Source of the DNA: Vitrella brassicaformis CCMP3155
Taxonomy: Eukaryota; Protista; Chromerida
Reading direction: 5' to 3'
DNA: 64,000 bases
Assembly: GCA_001179505.1 (NCBI GenBank)
Contig: CDMY01000492.1
Coordinates: forward strand, 1-64,000
The notes below the pieces were generated by a model. That model searched no databases. It was not told the origin of the DNA and was given only the letters and a program-made list of their open reading frames with translations. The position numbers were made by a program, and so were the translations under genes. Each line of letters begins with the position of its first letter. Position 1 is the stretch's first letter. Below are positions 45,884 to 55,910 of the stretch, piece by piece.

Positions 45884-47820
45884 GGGGTGGAGTGCGAGGG
45901 CCCATCTCACCACCCCTCCCCCTCATGCATACGACTGACCCACCTGCTCGTGCGTGTAATGGGGATGCGGCCGTTGACGACGGACGTGACGGATGTGACG
46001 GGGATGCGGACTGCTCTGACGTGGCATCGTCGATGAGTGCGTGTGGCGCCTCCTCCGATGGGTATCATCTGAGTGGATTTGTCGACGATCAGCCGACAGA
46101 CGGGTTGCGAGAGGGGGCTGCTGGGGATGTCGATGCTGATTCGCAGCCGTCTGCCGGTCCGGCTGTTGTTCGTGCTGAATGCCCTTCATACCTGCATGCT
46201 GCCCGCCACCATGTCGCCCGCCTTGTTCGTACTCATCCATTTGCCATCTTGTATGAGGGGCCGGGCGACGCATTCAAGGGACATCTGCGGCACCGCCGAC
46301 AGGGGGGTCGGCGCCAGAGGAACTCGACTCACGCGGCTGCCGGGCTTCTTGCAGTGCTGCCTTCGGCGGGCCTGCTGATGTCACCAATTGGGGCGTTGGG
46401 CGTGGGTGCATGCGGGAGGCAAGGAGATCGTGGGAGTTGCCAGGAAGGTCCACGCTCGTCTACTCAGTCGGAGCCCCAACCAAACACAAGCCAGCCGTCC
46501 TTCAGCGGGCCGTCACTCTGCTCGTTGGCTCAGGATCAGCCACCATCGCCAGCGTCACGGTGCCAGATCCTTCTCGGCAGGGAGCCTGAAGATGAAGGCA
46601 CGACACACACAGCCGTCGACAGAAGCCCCCCCTCCCCAAGGCAGGACACTGCTACCCTTCCCCTTGCTTCTGTTGACCCACCGTGTGGCGAATGGGCGGA
46701 GCTGGTCAACCCCTCCTCTGACGATGAGTCGACGTGCAGCTCGACTGCCCGAGGAAGGGCTCGGTCATATGATGGATGGGACACCCCATCGCTCGCCGCC
46801 CTGCCAGAAACACCGGACCACAATGTGTGTGTCCTGACCCCTACCCCACTCGTCTCCCCTGGACACTCACCTGGCAGGGATCGAGACCCTGGCTGGCGGC
46901 ACTTGTGGGTGGAAAGACGGCCCCGTACGCATAAAGGTGATGATCATCTTCACGCGTTGGCATCTCTGTGGATGGAGATCGACGGTGATGGAGCGTCGTC
47001 TGCCGTTGACAGCAGCACCCCCTTCCTCCCCTCCTCGTCTTCTTCGACCTCGTCGAGCCTTGCCTCTTGGGACGCACGCGAGAGCTGCCGGACCGACGAT
47101 CGACGACGAGCATTCATGGCGTCCCTGGTAGAGGCGCTGAAGACGAAGGAGGAGAAACTCAGAGCTGCATACGAGGAGAAAGGCAAGAACCCCTTGGTGA
47201 AGGCTCAGCTGGGAATGATTGCTCACGTCGAGGGCATCCTGACGGCGGTCTTGGTGGACACTGGGGCGGGGCCCTCGTGCATTAGCCATGAGCTCTTCCT
47301 CCGACTGAGCCGCCTCAGCCCAGCCATCCGTGAGAGCCTTCGAGCTCGCTTCACCCCACTTGATGACACGATCGTTCCAGAAGGCGACCAGAACACCCCT
47401 CTCGCCGTTGTCGGAGTGGTCCGTCTACGTGTGGGCAACCACAGAAGAGACAATCTGTGGCCGTTCCGCATCGTGAAGGGGCTCTGTGCACCTGTGATCG
47501 TGGGCATGGATATGTTGGGGTTCGCTTCTGCCTTCAACATGCGCAAGCAACGCCTGCGGCTGCCTGGCTTCCCTCAGTTCCATCTGATCGGTTATCCTGA
47601 CGCCAGGGCGCGGGTTGGTCTTGCAATGCCTCAGGCGGCTCCAGCTGCTGATATGGCCTACCGATGTGAGGACCTTGGGGATGTCTTTGATCGTCTGTGC
47701 CCATTGCATGCACCTGAGGAGACACCATCCATGTACACACCCTCTTTGGATTCATCTTCGTTTTCGACGTCACCGTACCCACCGTCTGTGTCGCGACATG
47801 CATTTGTTTGCAGTCAATGA
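45856..47820 (+). CDS. pol ORF with a retropepsin-type aspartic protease, in the -1 frame relative to gag
   Basis: VLVDTGAGPSCIS (~47245) and F.IV..L..PVIVGMDML. The frame opens at 45856, overlapping the end of gag. Confidence 0.8.
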   Translation, partial: GKREAFAPLRGGVRGPISPPLPLMHTTDPPARACNGDAAVDDGRDGCDGDADCSDVASSMSACGASSDGYHLSGFVDDQPTDGLREGAAGDVDADSQPSAGPAVVRAECPSYLHAARHHVARLVRTHPFAILYEGPGDAFKGHLRHRRQGGRRQRNSTHAAAGLLAVLPSAGLLMSPIGALGVGACGRQGDRGSCQEGPRSSTQSEPQPNTSQPSFSGPSLCSLAQDQPPSPASRCQILLGREPEDEGTTHTAVDRSPPSPRQDTATLPLASVDPPCGEWAELVNPSSDDESTCSSTARGRARSYDGWDTPSLAALPETPDHNVCVLTPTPLVSPGHSPGRDRDPGWRHLWVERRPRTHKGDDHLHALASLWMEIDGDGASSAVDSSTPFLPSSSSSTSSSLASWDARESCRTDDRRRAFMASLVEALKTKEEKLRAAYEEKGKNPLVKAQLGMIAHVEGILTAVLVDTGAGPSCISHELFLRLSRLSPAIRESLRARFTPLDDTIVPEGDQNTPLAVVGVVRLRVGNHRRDNLWPFRIVKGLCAPVIVGMDMLGFASAFNMRKQRLRLPGFPQFHLIGYPDARARVGLAMPQAAPAADMAYRCEDLGDVFDRLCPLHAPEETPSMYTPSLDSSSFSTSPYPPSVSRHAFVCSQ

Positions 47821-48119
47821 GCGTTGTTCATTGGCTTTGCATGGTTGTGCTCCCTTTTGTTTGCTTGGTACGGACTGATGCTTAGACGAACTTCGTCGCC
47901 CGTTCTAAGTATAGACTTGCCTTTCACAGTGAGGCAGTAGTCGCGGAGATAGATAGCGATGGCCACAATCATAAAAGGAATGCCAGCAGTTCTGCTCTCC
48001 ATGGGTTGGACGGGCGGGGAGAGGGGGGGCGATAGAAGTGCGTGGGTTGGTGAAAGTAATGGCGTGAGATGAGTGAATGTATGGGAGAGAGAGTGCCGTC
48101 CGCACGTCTCATTCTTCTG

Positions 48120-48620
48120 CCTCACGCACAGAGAGAACCAGTGAGAGGACAGAAATCATAATGCGATGGCTGTCTCCCTTTTTTCCTTGCGTGTGTGCTG
48201 TCTTCAGTCCTCACTGACCGGTGCGTGAGCTTCAGGGTTTGAGTGAGTGAGTGGGGTCTGCTCTGTCTGTCTGTGTGTAGTTGTGTCTTCTTGAATGATT
48301 CGCTTGGCCTTTTCTGCTGTCTGCAGGGCGAGGAAGCCGAACAGCCACATCGAAGGTTTCTGGCGTTCTCATGCTCCTGCCCCATCATGATTGGCTGTCC
48401 CTGTTGATTCACTATGGGCTGACCGTTGCCATCCGTCCGTGGCACAAGTATCTTCACCGGCGGGACGTCTTCATCCGTGGTTGGTAGGTAGATCTTCATG
48501 TTCATCTCTCTTGCTGCTAGATAGGCTCTCAAGATAAAATCACATTCGCGCCACTTGATATCGCCACTCCTGCCGGTAAGATGGGGAAGGTGGTTTTCGT
48601 CTCAAGATTGAGTGTGGTCA
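48120..48620 (-). mobile_element. Degenerate copia-type gag N-terminal fragment (different family)
   Basis: HLPHLTGRSGDIKWRECDFILRAYLAAREMNMKIYLPTTDE aligns by eye with VPKFSGDPADWEAFHMKLQGLMTARSLEQLLPTTE of the 21-26 kb copia. Confidence 0.45.
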
Positions 48621-48847
48621 TCTTTGTTGTCGTTGTTGTTATTGTCTTTCTTCAGGTACGGCTGGTTGTTGACTGCTGCTAATGCTGAGCTCCCAATCGA
48701 ATAAGAATAAGTGGCTTATAGCCATGTTAGCATCTGTCCCTCGTCATTACTGAGCTCGCAGGGCCTCCGGCCTTTTTTTCTCCTTAATATGACGGCTGCT
48801 CGGGCCACACCTGCCAGCATCATATCCAGCTCGAGCAGCTCTGCAGA

Positions 48848-51800
48848 ATGAGTACAGAATCGACCCCAGTCTCAGCCGACTCAGCCCATCCGCCCCCGCC
48901 GTCTCAGGAGAGCGTCTCTGCAGTGCTGGGAGACGATGTTTCGCCCTTGCAGCCAGCCGCTGGTCCTGTGCGGTGTTGCCCATGCAACAAAGACCGGAAC
49001 AGTACCACTGGATCGAGGTGCAAGAGGAAGGGGAAGAAGCGGGGCTGCCCCTGTTTCGAGAAGGGCAAGAAGTGCACCAACTGCCGTTCCTGTGACCTAG
49101 GCATATGTGAGAATCGAGAGCCCGAGGACAATACCTTCACCGCCGAGGAATCGAACTTTCCCTCTACTCATCCTCGTGCCTTCCACTCGGATGAGTCTTC
49201 GCTACGATGCGGATCCGCGGCGTATGTCCCTCCCAAGTGTGCCAGCTGCCACATCCGCCCGGCGTCCTCAAGCAAGGGCATCTGCTACGCCTGCCTCAGC
49301 AATGGTGCCGAGCCTCTCCACCGCCCGCCTCCCGCCATACCCCTCGCTCCCCCTGCTGGCCCTCCGACGTCTTCATTCGTCCAGGAGAGGATTCATGAGG
49401 CCTTCGGAGCCACCGATTTCAATCAACAGAGCAACCTCATGGACACCGACTGGCAGCGCTGGCACGCCCGCCTCGGCCCGCTGCGAGGGTGCCTTTGGGA
49501 TCCGCCGGGTGCTTCGGGGAAGCGGCTGGCCCGACTGCTTGCAACCGAGGGCCGTCGGTGGCGTGAGGAGCAGCTGCCGAGTGAGCGCGTCCTCATCTGC
49601 GCTTGCACGATTCTCTACCGGGCGCCAGATGTCACTGGCGAGGACATCGCCGAGACGGTGGAGCGGCGGATGGACCAATGGGAGAAGGGCGACTTCGAGC
49701 AGCTCGTACAGGAGGCTGAGCGCAACAACGCCTTCCTGGCCACCAGACCTGTCGGCAAGGACGACGCCAACGAGGCCACTCTGCGCCAATTCCGTCGCCT
49801 CATCGACAAGGGCAAGGTCAGGCAGGCCGTTCGGCTCCTGACCGAGCGGGAAGGGGGAGGCGCGCTGGACCCCAACGACCTGGCTGAGGCCGACCCTGCG
49901 GGCCGCACCGTTCGGGAGGTCCTCGAGTCGAAGCACCCTGCCCAGAGTGACCCTGACCCATCCTGCTTCCTCGACCGGCCCCTCCCTCCCCTCACCCAGG
50001 TCGAGATCACCGCCAACCACATCGAGCGAGCGGCACGGGCAACGAAGGGAGGCGCCGGCCCTGTTGGTGGCGAGTCATCGGTCTGAAAGATTCTCCTCCT
50101 CAAGTGCGGCGCGGCAAGTGCGGAGCTGCGCAGTGAGTTAGCGGCCATGGCCTCACGCATCGCCAATGAGGACGTGCCCTGGGAGCAGCTGCAGGCCCTG
50201 CGCGCATGTCGGCTTATCGGCCTGGACAAGCAACCGGGTGTGCGGCCCATCGGGATCGAAGAGGTCCTCATGCGCATCATGGGCAAGGCGATGGCCAAGG
50301 CGGTCGGGGTGGATGCGGAGATTGTATGCGGTGCGGACCAGCTGTGTGCCGGGCTCAAGGGGGGCGTGGAGGGTGCCATTCACGCGGTCTCCGGCCCGTT
50401 TGACTCGGGAGGCGTGGAGTGCGCGCTGCTGGTGGATGCGACGAACGCCTACAACACGATGAATCGCGCTGCCGCCCTGTGGAACGTCCGCGTCTTGTAG
50501 CCGTGGTGCTCTCGCTTCCTGTTCAACACCTATCGCGGCCATGCGGCCCTCTACATGCGCGACCAATCCGCGCCGCTGTGGAGTCGAGAAGGCACCACAC
50601 AAGGCGACCCCTTGGCCTCCCTCTTTTACTCCGTGGCGACCCTGCCGCTTGTATGGGAGATGAAGCGGCCAGCAGAGGAGGGCCCTCAGGCGTGGTTTGC
50701 CGACGACTCCGCCAAGGTGGGAGACCTCCAGCCGGTGCGTGACTGGTGGGATGAGCTGCAGCGGAGAGGGCCATTGAGGGGCTATCACCCCAACGGCAAG
50801 AAGAGCAAGCTGGTGGTGCGGGCGGGGTGTGAGGAGCGGGCGCAAGAGGTGTTTGGCGATACTGACGTGGAGATCGTGAGTGGCGCTCGATATATGGGGG
50901 GCTTTGTGGGGACCGCAGAGGGCAAGCGGGCCTACGCCACCGNNNNNNNNNNNNNNNNNNNNNNNNNNNNNNNNNNNNNNNNNNNNNNNNNNNNNNNNNN
51001 NNNNNNNNNNNNNNNNNNNNNNNNNNNNNNNNNNNNNNNNNNNNNNNNNNNNNNNNNNNNNNNNNNNNNNNNNNNNNNNNNNNNNNNNNNNNNNNNNNNN
51101 NNNNNNNNNNNNNNNNNNNNNNNNNNNNNNNNNNNNNNNNNNNNNNNNNNNNNNNNNNNNNNNNNNNNNNNNNNNNNNNNNNNNNNNNNNNNNNNNNNNN
51201 NNNNNNNNNNNNNNNNNNNNNNNNNNNNNNNNNNNNNNNNNNGAGCAGCTCGTACAGGAGGCTGAGCGCAACAACGCCTTCCTGGCCACCAGACCTGTCG
51301 GCAAGGACGACGCCAACGAGGCCACTCTGCGCCAATTCCGTCGCCTCATCGACAAGGGCAAGGTCAGGCAGGCCGTTCGGCTCCTGACCGAGCGGGAAGG
51401 GGGAGGCGCGCTGGACCCCAACGACCTGGCTGAGGCCGACCCTGCGGGCCGCACCGTTCGGGAGGTCCTCGAGTCGAAGCACCCTGCCCAGAGTGACCCT
51501 GACCCATCCTGCTTCCTCGACCGGCCCCTCCCTCCCCTCACCCAGGTCGAGATCACCGCCAACCACATCGAGCGAGCGGCACGGGCAACGAAGGGAGGCG
51601 CCGGCCCTGTTGGTGGCGAGTCATCGGTCTGAAAGATTCTCCTCCTCAAGTGCGGCGCGGCAAGTGCGGAGCTGCGCAGTGAGTTAGCGGCCATGGCCTC
51701 ACGCATCGCCAACGAGGACGTGCCCTGGGAGCAGCTGCAGGCCCTGCGCGCATGTCGGCTTATCGGCCTGGACAAGCAACTAGGTGTGCGGCCCATCGGG

Positions 51801-54800
51801 ATCGGGGAGGTCCTCATGCGCATCATGGGTAAGGCGATGGCCAAGGCGGTCGGGGTGAATGCGGAGATCGTGTGCGGTGCGGACCAGCTGTGTGCCGGGC
51901 TCAAGGGGGGCGTGGAGGGTGCCAATCACGCGGTCTCCGGCCTGTTTGACTTGGGAGGCGTAAAGTGCGCGCTGCTGGTGGATGCGACGAACGCCTACAA
52001 CACGATGAATCGCGCTGCCGCCCTGTGGAACGTCCGCATTTTGTGGCCGCGGTGCTCACGCTTCCTGTTCAACACCTATCGCGGCCATGCGGCCCTCTAC
52101 ATGCGCGACCAATCCGCGCCGCTGTGGAGCCGAGAAGGGACCACACAAGGCGACCCCTTGGCCTCCCTCTTCTACTCTGTGGCCACCCTTCCGCTCGTGT
52201 GGGAGATGAAGCGGCCAGCAGAGGAGGGCCCTCAGGCGTGGTTTGCCGACGACTCCGCCAAGGTGGGAGGCCTTCAGCCGGTGCGCGACTGGTGGGATGA
52301 GCTGTAGCGGAGAGGGCCACTGAGGGGCTATCACCCCAACGGCAAGAAGAGCAAGCTGGTGGTGCGGGCGGGGTACGAGGAGCGGGCGGAGAGGTGTTTG
52401 GCGATACTGACGTGGACATCGTGAGTGGCGCTCGATATATGGGGGGCTTTGTGGGGACCGCAGAAGGCAAGCGGGCCTACGCCACTGAGAGGGTGCAAGA
52501 GTGGCAGCGGTGTGTCAACCGGATGGTGGACGCAGCGGCCAAGTACCCGCAGGCAGCCCACACGGCACTCACAACGTCTCTGCAGGCCGAGTGGAATTTC
52601 TTCATGCGGGTGATGCCTGAGGAACGAGCGACATTCGAGCCGCTNNNNNNNNNNNNNNNNNNNNNNNNNNNNNNNNNNNNNNNNNNNNNNNNNNNNNNNN
52701 NNNNNNNNNNNNNNNNNNNNNNNNNNNNNNNNNNNNNNNNNNNNNNNNNNNNNNNNNNNNNNNNNNNNNNNNNNNNNNNNNNNNNNNNNNNNNNNNNNNN
52801 NNNNNNNNNNNNNNNNNNNNNNNNNNNNNNNNNNNNNNNNNNNNNNNNNNNNNNNNNNNNNNNNNNNNNNNNNNNNNNNNNNNNNNNNNNNNNNNNNNNN
52901 NNNNNNNNNNNNNNNNNNNNNNNNNNNNNNNNNNNNNNNNNNNNACGAAGGGAGGCGCCGGCCCTGTTGGTGGCGAGTCATCGGTCTGAAAGATTCTCCT
53001 CCTCAAGTGCGGCGCGGCAAGTGCGGAGCTGCGCAGTGAGTTAGCGGCCATGGCCTCACGCATCGCCAATGAGGACGTGCCCTGGGAGCAGCTGCAGGCC
53101 CTGCGCGCATGTCGGCTTATCGGCCTGGACAAGCAACCGGGTGTGCGGCCCATCGGGATCGAAGAGGTCCTCATGCGCATCATGGGCAAGGCGATGGCCA
53201 AGGCGGTCGGGGTGGATGCGGAGATTGTATGCGGTGCGGACCAGCTGTGTGCCGGGCTCAAGGGGGGCGTGGAGGGTGCCATTCACGCGGTCTCCGGCCC
53301 GTTTGACTCGGGAGGCGTGGAGTGCGCGCTGCTGGTGGATGCGACGAACGCCTACAACACGATGAATCGCGCTGCCGCCCTGTGGAACGTCCGCGTCTTG
53401 TAGCCGTGGTGCTCTCGCTTCCTGTTCAACACCTATCGCGGCCATGCGGCCCTCTACATGCGCGACCAATCCGCGCCGCTGTGGAGTCGAGAAGGCACCA
53501 CACAAGGCGACCCCTTGGCCTCCCTCTTTTACTCCGTGGCGACCCTGCCGCTTGTATGGGAGATGAAGCGGCCAGCAGAGGAGGGCCCTCAGGCGTGGTT
53601 TGCCGACGACTCCGCCAAGGTGGGAGACCTCCAGCCGGTGCGTGACTGGTGGGATGAGCTGCAGCGGAGAGGGCCATTGAGGGGCTATCACCCCAACGGC
53701 AAGAAGAGCAAGCTGGTGGTGCGGGCGGGGTGTGAGGAGCGGGCGCAAGAGGTGTTTGGCGATACTGACGTGGAGATCGTGAGTGGCGCTCGATATATGG
53801 GGGGCTTTGTGGGGACCGCAGAGGGCAAGCGGGCCTACGCCACCGAGAGGGTGCAGGAGTGATAGCGGTGTGTCAACTGGATGGCGAACGCAGCGGCCAA
53901 GTACCCGCAGGCAGCCCACACGGCACTCACAACGTCTCTGCAGGCCGAGTGGGATTTCTTCATCCGGGTGATGCCTGAGGAATGAGCGACATTCGAGCCG
54001 CTGCGAGATGCCCTCACCCACTACCTCACCCAGCTCTCCAGCCATGCGGTGACCGCCACTGAGGCCCAGCTGATGATACTGCCTGCGCGTCATGGGGGGA
54101 TGGGGGTGAGGGACCCGACGGAGCGAGTGGCGGCGGCGTATGAGACGTCCACCAAGGGCACTTCCCTGCTGGTGTCCACCATTCAGAACGGCGACCCACG
54201 CGACGGCCCTCCATTCAACCCCTTCCAGCACCGTGCCGATATGCAGCAAGCGGTCAGGCAGGAGCGGCGGGCGACCGATGAGGCTGCCAAGGAGCGCTTC
54301 GAGGACGGCCTCCAGCAGCTGCCCCCAGAGAGACGACGGGCGGTCCACCGGGCGATCGAGGCCAAGACGGCCGGGTGGGTGACTTGCCGGCCTGACGCAG
54401 AGGACCACACCGACCTGACGCCTGACGAGTTCCGCGACAACATGGCCATCCGATACGCCTACGAGCCTCCCAAAATGCCCACCCACTGCGACGGCTGCGG
54501 GGCTCCGTACTCGCTCGACCACGCCCTCAACTGTGGAGTGGGTGGGTTAGTGATTCGGCGGCACAACGAGGTGGTGAACGTGCTGTGCGACCTTTCTGCC
54601 AAGGCTTGGGGCGAGTCGGCGGTCAGGAAGGAGGTGGTGATTGTGGAGCCCGAGGAGGGGGAGAAGGGGGTGCGGATGGACATGGTGGTGAGGGGGGTGT
54701 GGGAGCGGCAGAAGGACGTGTCGTTTGACCTCTGCGTGACAAACGCTGACGCGTCATCCTACCGCAACCAATCGACCGCCTCCATCCTCAAGAACAAGGC

Positions 54801-55200
54801 CAAGGCCAAGGCCAAGAAGGCCTACCACAGCCGTGTGTGCGAGGACAAGTCCATCTACTTCACCGCCTTGTGCGTGACGGTGGACGGTGTGTGGGGCAGA
54901 GAGGCCAATGGTTTTTTCAGCCGCCTGGTTGAGAAGCTGCGCACCAAGGCTGCGTGGGCAGACAAGTCGTATAGCCAGGTGATGGGATGGGTTCGTGCTC
55001 GTCTGTCTATTGCGTTGGCGCGTAGTGCGAGTATGTGTGTGCGTGGTGGGCGGCGCCGCTGGAAGATACGCCAGGCGGGCGCTGAGGATGGTGCTGGCAT
55101 GTTTGTCGTGTGATTTGATTGATGGTTGGTCGATTGACGCAGTTCATTTCATGAGAGACCGACAGACTCTGCCTGCCGTTGCGCTATGAGTCAATGTATT
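48848..55200 (+). mobile_element. CRE family B non-LTR retrotransposon, near full length, single ORF broken by stops; internal region repeated across gaps
   Basis: N-terminal Cys-rich domains. RT: GVRPIGIGE, LLVDATNAYN, GTTQGDPLA, FADD, GYHPNGKKS, RYMGG. Knuckle CDGCGAPYSLDHALNC, then RHNEV, RMDMVVRG and FDLCVTN (REL endonuclease); stop at 55113. Stops also at 50084, 50498, 52305, 53401, 53860/53863 and 53983. Confidence 0.9.
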
Positions 55201-55351
55201 TCCACCCCCACTATCGGGTGACCTCAAAGCATCTCCAGTGGGCGAAACCGCCGGACAGCTCTGAGTGACGTTGGAGCTTCTCCGCTAAGGTGGGGCCACG
55301 ATTCCATTACGCTTCCACCGAGCCTTCATTCGTTGAGGGAGCTGTCGAGCC

Positions 55352-55910
55352 GTGTTGACCAAGGAGCGCCTCAGTATGCCGTTGGTTCTGACAGTGGGCC
55401 AAGCAGTAGACAGACTCTGGGAGAAGAAGGGATCCCTTGGCATCAGGTCCTCCAGAGTGAAGACAAAGACCACCCTTCTCGGCCTCGTCGAAAGCGGCTA
55501 CGAGTCATTGCGAAAAAGTGGATTCGGCCCCTATTTGAGAGAACACCGTGATGAGTTTGGGGGTGTCATCAAGGATATCCCTTCCGATGACAATGCAACC
55601 GAGAAAAGGCAAGCAAGCTCCAAGAGGCAGCTTCTACGTCGTCGCATTGTATCGGCTTTCTTGGAGCTTCAAATCATGCTGATCGGCCTCGCTGTGTGTA
55701 GCTTCACTATCAAGGCCTACTACAACATCACAGAAGCCAATAGGATCAGCGCCCAATGGCTCATGTATGTGTTTCGTGTCTGCCGTGGGTCTGTTCATTG
55801 CAGCAGCATTAATTCTTGCAGTTAACTCTTCATGTATGCGCGTACACCAGTTTGCTGAGGACGAGGGTGGGGAGGACGATGGAGATGAAGAAGATGCATA
55901 GCCTTACTCA
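55352..55910 (+). pseudogene. Frameshifted paralog of the 28756-29301 membrane-protein ORF
   Basis: The homologous block is 55210-55950 vs 28615-29350. An extra T (gtgtttcgtg vs gtgttcgtg, ~55772) shifts the C-terminus. Confidence 0.6.

Larger units (their letters stand above)
40104..47750 (+). mobile_element. Ty3/gypsy-like LTR retroelement, 3'-truncated (no RT/RH/IN after the protease)
   Basis: PBS, extra ORFs, gag 42401-45883, and a -1-frame protease ORF. The 5' end of the LTR was not located. Confidence 0.75.

Noticed and set aside
53056-54522. Long antisense ORFs over the retroelements (also 23166-24215, 36878-37798, 50153-51925)
   Set aside because: Shadow ORFs of GC-rich coding strands with no recognisable motifs.
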